Of a stretch of DNA of 64,000 nt, positions 33,901 through 43,743 are shown piece after piece. This DNA comes from Asterias rubens. Its lineage: Eukaryota. The DNA is taken from positions 1,798,001 through 1,862,000 of the forward strand of contig NC_047080.1 of the NCBI RefSeq assembly GCF_902459465.1, written 5' to 3'. Position numbers and translations under genes: made by a program. Positions within the stretch are counted from its first letter, which is position 1. Each line of letters opens with the position of its first letter. The notes under the pieces are model-generated. The model was not told the DNA's origin, made no database searches, and was given only the letters and a program-made list of their open reading frames with translations.

Positions 33901-36900
33901 ATTCTCTACGGCCTGACCTTCGGGAAGGCGAAGTCTATCGAGTGGGTGATTGCTATGTTCATGTCAATGTTTCAGAGCATCTTTGTCATTCAACCGTTTA
34001 ATGTCATTGCTATAGCAGCTTTCTACGCTATCGTCATCAAGAGTTCTGAATATGACGACATCGGGGCCAGGTTCTTCAGGCAGATGAAGAGTTACACAGG
34101 TGAGACGAGACAAGACTAATTATTCTCGGGAATTGTACGCATATTTAGATCTATAAACAATGGAATTTTACTGGTTATGTGAGCTGCCACCTCGTGCTCC
34201 AAAGTCTGTCATTGTTCTTTCCTTTCACACTACTTTTAAATTACTTGTTACAACATTCTGCTTGGCAGATTTCTTGGCCAAGCAAGAAATGACTGGGGTA
34301 CCCGTTCTAGCATGGGCTGGCTGGTTAAAAATCTTTACTTTGCAAAAGTTGTCTGTGCTGAGCAAGTTCTAGTAATTACAGACTCTATTAAATTGAACCA
34401 TGACACCCTAAAACACACTATCATTACCTTATCATTACACTATCGTTACACTATGTTTACTTACCTCCAGGCAATCGACAAGCAAGCAAAACACACTATC
34501 ATTACCTTATCATTACACTATCGTTACACTATCTTTACTTACCTCCAGGCAATCAACAAGCAAGCAAGACTAACGTTGACACCAAAAGTTTCCACGCCAA
34601 CAGACAGCGAGACTCTCACTTCTACTGCCCGCCCACCGAGAGTGCCGTGGAGCTGGCGAGAGAGAGGAAACAAATGGATAGTAAGATGTACTCCGTCGTC
34701 AAGTCTTTACTTGGTCAGTTGCTCTTCATCTGGCTGGTGGTTCAAGTCAGTAACGGTCAGCGTGACCCAAACAGTATTTACCTTCACCAGGCAATCACAA
34801 ACAGCTTTACGTCTGAAGTGAACAAGGTAACAAAATTAATTGTAAAATTTATGAAAAAAACAGCTTAGTTGTGGTATTCATGGCATAGAAATAGCTCACA
34901 GCAATACACCGATCCAGTAGGCTCCGTCCACAACGCACGTGTGAGCTAGAACACGTGGTGCTCTCCAATGCCTTTCTGCACAACTCTGCCGCGCGCGCCA
35001 TGATACGCGCACGCATGTCGGACCTTATTTGACTGACCTTCGTTACGTTGTGATTGGTCAATACACAACGGGGCGGAGCTCAGTGGATGGGTCTATTGCT
35101 GTGGTGCCCTGTGCTTTTGATGCGGTCAGTGGTGCCCTTTGCAAAGGTCAAATACAAATTTTTACTCATAGAAGCGCCACTTACCAGACGAAAATTACTG
35201 TGCTCCTTCAAGAATGAAGTTCAAAGCCTGGCATTCACAAGCTTTATGTGGAAAAACATTATTTTAAAGCCATATTGTCATAAAAATATGAAATAAAATG
35301 ACACTACATTCATCAGCGGTCTCAAGTACATACATAGGCATGTTATTTGATTCTTGGAAAAAATAAATGAACATATTTTTTAGTACAAAGCTAAAAAGCT
35401 TTTTCCAAGCCACAAAGACCTTGATGAAAGGCAAATAATTGTCAAGTACCACCCTGAAAGTGAGCAAGTAGTTACTCAACACTTTTGCTTTGAAATAAAA
35501 AATAGATACTTACCCATGTTATATTTTCCTGATCTCTAGGTGATAAATATGGCCGATGTGTACCACTGGATGAAGCTGGAATTTATCCCAGCATTGTATG
35601 GGGACGATGATTCAACACTGGCGGACTCTTTTTTGGTTGGAAGCCCACGACTTCGTCAGCTCAGAGTCAAACAAGGTGTGTTCATAGATAAAAGACGCTT
35701 TTCATTGTCCACCATCGTTGAAACATGCACATGAGAAAAGCTGAGAGTAGTGCGCGAGCGTATACGTTTTTAATCACATTTGGTGGTCAATGGTGTCATG
35801 TCCAATCCATGTGATCTTCAAGCTTATGTGGAGATTTTTATTTTATTTTTTATGTTAAGTATAAAACTTCCCTACAAAAGCCTACGGCTGTTTCAAAATT
35901 GACAGCTGTGGCTATGGCTTTGATCATTACTAAGGGTGTTGCTAAAGACGTCCTACTTCAACGCATTGAAATGGTGATCCAGCCAGAGCCATAGCTGTAG
36001 ACACAATGTCAGACACCATTTCACGTCTAATTGTTAGTGAATATAGATCTACCACAATAGACTTTATCCATTGACATCATCCTGCTACTGTTGTAGAGGT
36101 AAACGATGATGAAACAATGCAAATGCGCAGATTTTGAACGCGTGGCACAGGAGTACAACCTCCTCTTGACCTCCTGAGGGCATCCTACTGAATTGACCTC
36201 ATCGGCATAAGGTCTGTATATTGTCTCTTAACGCTTTGATATTTTGCTTCCATCAGATCGCTGCGTCGATCCAGAGGCTTACTTCGGTTTGAGACCAGAA
36301 TGCCACGCTATCCCTAGTTGGATGCTAGATACAGAATCCTACAGCACATCCTGGGCACAGCAACTATCACCAACAACCACGTCTCAGTCATCCAGCCCAT
36401 GGGTCTACCAAACCCAGCAACAAGCTCGTGGAAATTTCATCCTGACTGATCCAGGTCGATACCACCGCGGGGGATTCACTGCCAATCTTGGAATGACGCG
36501 AGAAGCTACCGAGAATGTACTGGCCATACTACAAGATGCATTATGGATCGATCAATACACGCAGGCTGTAATCGCAGAGTGGGTGATGTACAACGCCAAT
36601 GTGAATCTGTTCAGTGTTAATACCGTCATCTTCCGCGCGGAGGGAACGACTAAGGTTGTGGCCGCGGAGGACTTTGTCATACTTCGGATTTATCGGTACA
36701 CAAACAGCTTTGATAAGTTTGTGTTGACTCTTGAGGTGATTTATATCCTGGTCGTACTGATAATTCTTGTCAAGGAGATCAAGAAGTGGAGAAGAAAACG
36801 TGCGGACTACTGGGTGTTCTGGAACTACTTGACGATAGTAATCATCTTGCTTTCTGTTGTCGGTAAGATGCTTATTTAATCTGGCAAAAGACTTTGCAAA

Positions 36901-37908
36901 CTCATAGCTCTAAAAAGATACAACTTCATAAAGCCAAAGAAGTTCAACAATATTTGTGCTTACTCAAAGTGTTCACAAGCAGTTTCATTGATTAATACCA
37001 CCAATGTGATTAAGTATTTTGATTTGTGCAACTCATCAATAAAGATGTTAAACTATTGTTTGTATAAAAGAGATCGGCTGTTGCCTGCTTGGCGTTTATC
37101 CCTTGACAAAAAGTTAATGAGGACATTCTAACTCCAGAAGACTATCAGAGCATACTGATCGAAACGTCGTGTTGAAACCAACGGTTCTTTTCAGATAGTC
37201 ATTACATGGTGTAACCGCAAACATTTCCATATTGAGGATATTATATTTTTTAGTATCATACTTTTAATTCATTCTACAGCAACAGCGACTTATATATGGG
37301 AGTATGTACTAGCAGCAGAGAGGTTGGCGCTCCATAAAACCAACCGTGAGATGTACATGAGCTTCGCTGATATCGTCTTCTTGGACTATATTCTCATCCT
37401 GAGTCTGGGTGGTATAGCCTTCTGCAGCATCCTCAAGTGTCTCAAGATCCTTCATTTCAACAACAGCATCTTCCTGATCCAGAACACCATCGGAATCCTC
37501 TCCGAGAAGATCGCGTCTGTCATCTTCTTACTTTTCTTCGCCATAACCGCATTTGCGTTCTTCGGCCACATCGCCTTCGGTAGTCACTTCCAGGATTTCT
37601 CAGGGTTCGTCATGTCTGTCGAGAGTGTCTTCGTCCTCATCTTGCGGAAGTATGATAAGATGCTGGAGGTGATTGAAGAGTTTGGGGTCCAGGCCTACTT
37701 CCTGTTTGCCGCAGGAAACTTCCTTCTTGTCGCGGTCGTGATGAATGTCTTCATTGCTCTGATCTTGGATTCCTTCTCCAAGTCCAAGAGGAAGTTTGTT
37801 AGATACAAAGACCATAGTGTGTTGAAAATGCTTTGTGGGTGGCTTCTCTCGGCTTTTTCGATTCAGGAACAGCCGGTGAGACTTCACAAACACAACAGCC
37901 TCCAATAA
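15981..37908 (+). CDS. Polycystin-1 / receptor-for-egg-jelly family protein (PKD1-like): signal peptide, PKD repeats, REJ, GAIN/GPS, PLAT, 11 TM with TOP domain; about 2883 aa
   Basis: 24 phase-consistent GT-AG exons: 15981-16092, 16620-16813, 17313-17907, 18529-18750, 19357-19587, 20222-21256, 21714-21872, 22775-22964, 23883-24133, 24643-24879, 25330-25475, 26005-26217, 27185-27310, 27732-27826, 28413-28524, 28935-29198, 29701-30309, 30917-31144, 31629-31915, 32403-34099, 34549(or 34471)-34826, 35540-35675, 36257-36862, 37280-37908 (8652 nt). Motifs: WVFGDG/IEFGDG/IDYGDG (PKD), LDASDSYDPD (REJ), CLYWD..GC..HCLCSHL/TSF (GPS), TGMRRGAGTTA..WHDNAGSSPDWYL (PLAT), LVGSPRLRQLRVK (TOP). Paralog-level orthology is not resolved. 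Confidence 0.95.
18906..19286. mobile_element. Two family-B MITEs joined end to end through one CAG (18906-19093, 19097-19286)
   Basis: Junction TTGGCC-CAG-GGCCCC; each unit has its own TIR pair. Confidence 0.8.
21440..21683 (-). mobile_element. tRNA-derived SINE (Deu/Nin-domain-like family), partial copy
   Basis: Reverse complement of the head and central domain of the 23036-23390 copy. Confidence 0.75.
22054..22319 (-). mobile_element. tRNA-derived SINE (same family), 5'-truncated copy
   Basis: (TAA)n tail plus TACCCATTTACCCCTGGGTGGAGAG..GCTCAGGGACACAAGTGTCACGA. Confidence 0.85.
22467..22720. mobile_element. Palindromic MITE (TIR GGGTGCGTTCGTTTAGCTTCC), PIF/Harbinger-like
   Basis: 21-bp perfect TIRs; a degenerate inverted copy lies at about 19905-20050. 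Confidence 0.8.
23036..23390 (+). mobile_element. Full-length tRNA-derived SINE with Deu/Nin-like central domain and LINE2-like tail
   Basis: A box TGGCCGAGTGG, B box GGTTCGAATCC, central GTCCCTGAGCAAGACACTTAAC..CCACCCAGGGGTAAATGGG, tail AAGCGCTATATAAA..(TAT)n. Confidence 0.9.
24276..24603. mobile_element. Two abutting family-B-type MITEs (24276-24401 and 24405-24603) separated by CTG
   Basis: TIRs GGCTCAATTTCACAAAG/CTTTGTGAAATTGTGCC and GGCCCCAATTTCATAG/CTATGAAATTGGGCC. Confidence 0.75.
25613..25730 (+). mobile_element. Short tRNA-derived SINE
   Basis: GTGGTCTAGTGG A box and GGTTCAGATCC B box; a related copy lies at about 42570-42690. Other tRNA-head SINEs occur at about 26426-26550, 28810-28890 and 31293-31370. 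Confidence 0.7.
26590..27152 (-). mobile_element. SINE interrupted by a family-B MITE (26869-27117)
   Basis: The SINE sequence resumes after the MITE at the point seen uninterrupted (CCAG-AACTTGAA) in the 21440-21683 copy; flanks are CAG and CTG. Confidence 0.85.
28110..28350 (-). mobile_element. tRNA-derived SINE (Deu/Nin-like family), degenerate copy
   Basis: TTGCTCAAGGGCGCAAGTG..GATTCAAACCC..TCGGCCACGAC, reverse complement of the family head. Confidence 0.7.
30962..30970 (+). other. GPS autoproteolysis motif H-L/T of the polycystin
   Basis: CAT CTT ACA in HCLCSHL/TSFASS, with all GPS cysteines and tryptophans present. Confidence 0.85.
34411..34566 (+). repeat. 78-bp tandem duplication spanning a 3' splice site
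   Basis: Copies start at 34411 and 34489; each contains TTTACTTACCTCCAG|GCAATC. Confidence 0.95.
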
Positions 37909-38110
37909 CTAAGCACATCGAAGGAAATGTAAAGACAGCTGGCATAGTTATCCTCACACTCAAATGAGAATATTTCTGGGTAAACAAGCACTGTTTGTCG
38001 TGTTTCACTTATGTCCTGTGTAATACAAAGACTTGAAGAAAAAAATATGGATTTTTGTTTAGGAGCTCTAACAAAATTGTACATTGACGCAATGATTATA
38101 CTTTTGGCTG

Positions 38111-38269
38111 TTTATTACTGTTGATCATATGAAATGTTTATATAACAGGTGCATGGCTGTTTATAATTTAAAATGATTGGTTCTGTGTTGTTTTCATTAG
38201 AAGTTATTCTTATTTCAAGATGTACAGTATGATTCATTGTGTTATAAATGTATTTAAAATGTAAATAAA
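38111..38269. terminator. Opposing polyadenylation signals: AATAAA on - (38116-38111, QTRT2) and on + (38264-38269, polycystin)
   Basis: These are the first canonical hexamers I found downstream of each stop codon. Confidence 0.45.
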
Positions 38270-38520
38270 CTTCCAATGAAGTATTCAGCAATGAGCATAA
38301 AATCCTGCACCATAATTGCTCCGTAAAAAAATTGGGAGGTAGTGCATTCTGCCATACCAGCCAGGCTTAGTGGATGATACACATGCCTGTATCCTTAGGA
38401 ACTGTGAAGCGGCTACTTCCGTTTAAGCCCAAGGAGTAGGTGGCATGTGCCCCTGGTGGCAGTTGATTTGGGTCGACAGCCAAAATCAGCTCGATGTGAC
38501 CCTCACCTTCAAGTGGCCGT

Positions 38521-38562
38521 CCATGGCGTTAGGCGATGTCTCCATGGCGTTAGGCGATGTCT
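38521..38562. repeat. Perfect 21-bp direct repeat x2 (CCATGGCGTTAGGCGATGTCT)
   Basis: Seen directly; lies in the predicted QTRT2 3' UTR. Confidence 0.95.
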
Positions 38563-38826
38563 CATAAGAAATATATATAAAAACCAATGTAGAAGATGAT
38601 GTCACCCATTTGTACACAAATTCCTCTCCTTGCAGTTTGCCAAAGACAAACACTGCACTGATGCAAATCCATTGGTTCTTCGTAAGACCACAAAACTCAC
38701 AAAGGTCCAACAAATTTATATTCACTGTAGTTAACCTCACTCTAACCTTTGGCTGGGACTAAAGAGAGTTCTAAAAAGTTTCAGAGTGTTATTTCAAAAT
38801 TCTCGTCCATTCCACCTAGATTGGGG

Positions 38827-41800
38827 TCACCTGGTTTTGCGGATTTCTTCCTTCAGTTCTTGCATTCTGCCCTCTTGGAGAGCTTGTCGGATGCTTTGAA
38901 AGAATTTGAAGTGATGATGGAAGTTGTGTCTGCAGGGAAATAAAATAAACTAAAATCGTCTTGACAATGAAAAACAGAGGGAGCAACAGGAATGAGAAAT
39001 AATGATTTATATTTGGAAATAGACTTTTAGGTCAGAAGTCCATGTGTCCCTCATGCGTTGTTTGTAATACGCAATCAGGGGCGAAATGGTGAAATACAAT
39101 CTCTAGGCCGTCTGGCAGACGGTAGGGTTGCTACCCATTAGTTTATCCCTCGGTATATGACTTAGTATATTGAGATAAGCATTGCCAGTTGTAAAATGGC
39201 ACCGTTTCATTAAAACTTTCCAAATGGACTCTTGTACACAAGGAATACAACAACTAAAATGCACGCCAAGCAACGCAGATATTTTTACATGGAATTATGT
39301 GTGTTGCTAAGCTTGTGTTTTAATTGTTATGCATTGCACACTAATACGCACAAACGCATGACAGACACATGAATTTCCCACCTTGACAAGTATTTTCATT
39401 AAAAACGAAGAAAAAAAAAGTGGCCACTGGAAGAGTTAGAGGTTTTCTTACATCATGAGCAGCACACCAGCAAGAAGCTCCTTAACATTGATGAGATGGT
39501 TGATATAGGCTTTGGTGTGATTCACACAGCAGTAACATTCACATCCTTCAACCAGGGTAGAAAAATCCTCAATGTACCTGTCATCACAAACAACAACACA
39601 AACGGGTGTAGGTTTGAGTCCTAGTTACTGATTCATGTCATCACAAAGAACAACACAAACAGGTGTAGGTTTGGGTTCTAGTTACTGATTCTTGTCATCA
39701 CAAAGAACAACACAAAATGGGTGTAGATATAGGTCCTAGTTACTGATTCAACCTTCAAAATCACCAATGCATTTATCATATTTCAGGCCTTATGGAGCAA
39801 GTTTGGTTAAACAAAATACCTTCGGTCAGAGAGTTTGATTTCATACATCGTCCGGCCACCATCTTCTCCATTTTCACCACACTGTGTAGTTCTGTCATTT
39901 CCACCATCTGTATCTGTCATATTGGAGGAGGCAGGCAGGGTATGTCTTACCTCCTCATCATTAACAGATGAAGATGGAGGAGGGTCAAGATGGTATGAAA
40001 ACACCAAGGCACAACCTCTCTCTGTTACTTCAAATGGGAAGCTGGTTTAATAGTGATAGGAAAGTTTTTGTTTTTTATTTTGAAAAAATGCTTTTTAAGT
40101 GAGGTTTGCGGTAGCACCATGTGGAAATCTCTTTTGAGCGGTGTTAGTTCTGAAAAGAACCGATGGTTGACAACTCTTCTAAGTAAACTCCCACCATGTT
40201 TCATATGATACATAAAATGCTGTTATTTGAAATGGACTTCTTTTGAAGTTGATTTATTATGTACAAAGGGGAATGGACAATTTCTCAGGATGCAGGATAA
40301 TTTCCTTCCTAGTTGAGTTTTTTAAAATCATCTCCACACATAACAGGATTAATGCTTTGACAAGACTTCAATGCAATGGTCTTACCCTAGTGATTGCCCG
40401 TGAGTTTTTTTCCACAGAAACTGGGAACCTATGTGTGTGTACAGTGCTTTAAGGGTAAAACAAATTATAGCTGATACATCGTTATGGTACTGGTTTTACC
40501 TTCTTCACTTTCTTTTAAAGAATTTAAAAAGGATACGCTGAATCAAAAATATCCACACCAAGTTCCACTGCCTGGATCACCTTATCCGGTCGACCAACCC
40601 TTGGGAGAAATCTTGGCTTGTCCTCAGGGATTTCGTTCTGATGAAAAAGGAAATAAAACTTCTAAAAAAGGGCTCCAAAACACCTAGCAGGAAAATAATT
40701 ATTGTTGAAGCGCCTTGAGCGTCAATGAATGACAAATACGAGCGTTACATAAGAAGCCACTACACATGTTGAACCTTCCCTTCTGGGCCAACTTTCATAG
40801 AGCTGCTTAAGCACAAAAAGTAGCTAAGCACAAAATATTTATGCCTACCGAAATAAGGATACCTAACAAAATACTATCTCACATGTACTGTGGCTGGTAT
40901 CCCGATACTTTTTGCTAAGCAGAATTTGTTAAAGCAGCTTTACGAAATTTTTGCCCTGGACTTGATAACGGACAATCAGACTCCTTACCAGGACAGACTC
41001 CATGATGCTCCATCTTGTCCCGTCTTCCATGGCTCCCTGGTGGAATCCATCTAAGACAAAGCCTCCTACGGGTCTCTTCACCGTCTCCCTGACTGATCGG
41101 TTTCTCTCCTCCAGTGAGTCTCCTCCAACAATCACACCAAGAATAGTGGTGTCTTTAAGATTCTGTTTCACAAAAAGATATCAACAATATCATTTCCTTC
41201 TTTCACCGCACTGTTGTGACTTGTGTGTAGTTCAAAACATATTTAAACAAAATCACATCAAAAGTTTTCCATGAACTTCTTTCTAGGTATGGCTGGTAAT
41301 CATGCAAATTTCCAAGGCGGGGTGCGAAGTGAATGACGCTATGTGCTAGTGCTAAAAGATTACTTGTATGGTCATAATGATGGTTATGGCAGTAAACATT
41401 CTGAAAAGTTACTTCATCTGAAGTGCCCCCATAGATTAGAAATCAATAAAAAAGTATAGCGCAAAAATCTGAATCTCCAAAAATTGCCGGCAGGCGACTT
41501 TTGAAAATATATGTTGTGTCTGTTATGAATGCTGCCCTCAATAAAGATAAATCAGACGCAATACTTGTTGAAAGTGTACCTGCCTGCTCTGCTTTGCATC
41601 CAGACACTTGTCTAAGTAAACCAACGTCCGGTCTACTGATTTCCTTATTCTCTTAGACATTGATCCCGTTGGGGTGTCTCCATCAGAGAGAGCGTCTATC
41701 CAGTCCACTTGCAAGGCTTCTTGCAGGGACAGGAACCTATCAATGGTAAGCTGTCAAATGAAGACATGTATGATTTGAGGCATTGCATGGTGAGGTATCA

Positions 41801-43743
41801 ATAGATATTTGGTTTGCGGCAACACCATGTGTGTGTCTACTTGCCAGGTAGAGTTTGTTGTGTCTTGCTATTCGAGTCAACTCTTGATATAACAAAGTCG
41901 CTGAGACTGACCAAATGACCTCTTTATATCAGTAATGTTGTTATAAGAGGACAGCAAAACAAAGAAACACAAAGTGGAAATGAGATTAAGGATTTCAAAA
42001 TGTACTTGTTAAAAGCAAAACCTCTTCTCAACAGTGCTTTTTATAACAAGAGCTAAAAGGTTATTACACAAACTACCATTACCATTCTCTTGAGTAATGT
42101 GCGGTGGTGTGTTAAGAACCCAACCCTGGGAATTGAGGTATGAATCTCAAAAATAAAAAAATAAAAATTAATCTTTATAGTAAAAACATCAGGGAGTATG
42201 AGAATGTGTTCACCCTTTCTCTGCCAGCAGGGGTCCATACAGACACACTGTTCTTGTCATTATAACCAGATCGTGATTGCTGGCCTGGGTCCTGAGTGCA
42301 GGAGTATGTGATGGTACCGGGCCTCCCTGAGAATGAAGCCACACCCTGACCGAGGGTGGATAAGACCTCTTGGCTTTCAACGCTACAAGGGTGAAAAATA
42401 ATCACAGTGATGGTACAACAGGAAACATTTGAAATCAAACGTTGCAATGTCAAAAAAAAATTTACAAAAATTTTAGCTAAGCCAAGTTTTTTAGAGCATC
42501 TGCTGCATAATTATTACTTTACGTCATTCAGAAGAGGTTTTATAAACTCAGTTTGAAATGCAAAGAGATTATTTGTTAGACTGCATGCAGGACTTGCAAT
42601 CACAAGGTTTGGGAATCGAATCCTACCAAGCTAACTGCTGATTTCACAATGACTAGAACAAATGTAGTTTAGTTACTGAATCACAATTTCTTAATTTGTG
42701 CATTCATGTTCATAGACATTAAAGGAACACGTTGCCTTGGATCGGTCGAGTTGGTCTTTGAAAAGCGTTCTGTAACCGTTTGTTATACAATCGGTATGGT
42801 TAGAAAGATGTTGTAAAAGTAGAGTACAATGATCTATACAAATATGCCTCGAAATTGCGTGGTTTTCGTTTTACCTCGTCGACAAACACGGTCGGCCATT
42901 TATGGGAGTCAAAAATTTGACTCCCATAAATGGCCGACCGTGTTAGTTCGCGACGTAAAATGAAAACCGTGCAATTTTGAGTGATACTTGTGTGGATCAT
43001 TATATTCTACTTTTACAACATCTTTCTAACCATATGCATTTCATAACAAACGGTTTCAAACGCTTTTTATAGACCAACTCGTCCTATCCAAGGCAACATG
43101 TTCCTTTAAACCAATGTATGAGAGAGATTGGCTGTTGCCAGCTTGGCATTCATATCCCCTTGTGGGAGTTTATTGAGTTCCCTTGACAAAAAGATCATAA
43201 AAACACGGCATAAGGCCAAAAAAAAAGAAAAGAAGTTGATCGTCCCCTCCCTCATCCTTTTTTGAGGCTGCATCATTTTTTTTACTATTTTTTCTTTTTA
43301 CTTTTTTTTTCTTCAAAAAGACAAATATATTTATGTGTATGTATCTTTAAACTAAGGCCCTCAACTACTTTAAAACATGTAACTACACAGAGTAATTGGT
43401 AACTTTAATAGTTTTTAATTAAATTGCTTGGCGGATGGCGGCCACCTTTGAAAGCAATAAACAAATAAAAAGGGCCTCTTCTTTTACCAGGACGATCAAC
43501 TGGTGTTTATTTTTATTTGGCCTAAAAAAGCAAGACTAACATTGTTGGTATCGGTATTTGAGTCACCGGTGGCACTCCCTCTATGCCATTGAGTAGAGTG
43601 AGCGACAGGTTTGGGGCTGAGCCTCCTCGAGTATACAACGTACATCCTGGAGATTCCATCGAGATGTTTCCATGGTGACCAAGCTCAGATAATGTTGCTA
43701 GGCGACCAGCTGTACTTTTGACGTTGTGCAAGTTGAATTTCAT
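38827..43743 (-). CDS. QTRT2: Queuine tRNA-ribosyltransferase accessory subunit 2; 422 aa
   Basis: 8 phase-consistent exons: 43743-43541, 42382-42214, 41750-41580, 41162-40989, 40637-40537, 40041-39820, 39577-39452, 38929-38827. Motifs [51 protein letters not shown] and the zinc site [29 protein letters not shown] match remembered QTRT2/QTRTD1. A probable 5' UTR intron spans 43763-44422. Confidence 0.97.
39580..39750. repeat. 57-bp tandem repeat x3 in QTRT2 intron 6
   Basis: Units start at 39580, 39637 and 39694. Confidence 0.95.
40042..40536 (-). other. U12-type (minor spliceosome) GT-AG intron in QTRT2
   Basis: 5' splice site GC|GTATCCTTTT matches the RTATCCTTT consensus. 3' end TTTCCTATCACTATTAAACCAG has a branch-like motif close to the AG and no AG-adjacent pyrimidine tract. 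The junction restores [13 protein letters not shown]. Confidence 0.85.
42719..43109. mobile_element. TTAA-flanked foldback MITE (Kolobok/T2-type), almost fully palindromic, 391 bp
   Basis: TTAA-AGGAACACGTTGCCTTGGAT...ATCCAAGGCAACATGTTCCT-TTAA; central perfect stem CGGTCGGCCATTTATGGGAGTCAAA / TTTGACTCCCATAAATGGCCGACCG. Confidence 0.92.

Noticed and set aside
34269-34372. Possible extra polycystin exon (DFLAKQEMTGVPVLAW...)
   Set aside because: No phase-1 donor before the stop; the flanking exons already join in frame without it.
34312-34821. 169-aa ORF through the duplicated acceptor
   Set aside because: Wrong frame; the conserved YCPP..ELARERKQMDSKM channel-proximal sequence is in another frame.
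40387-40428. Minus-strand segment [14 protein letters not shown] that aligns loosely to the QTRT2 [13 protein letters not shown] motif, with AG and GT borders
   Set aside because: The exon at 40041-39820 ([14 protein letters not shown]) matches far better. I treat this as chance similarity, though a decayed exon duplicate cannot be fully excluded.
43694-43706. X-box-like GTTGCTAGGCGAC
   Set aside because: Lies in QTRT2 coding sequence (GRLAT), so it is explained by codons.
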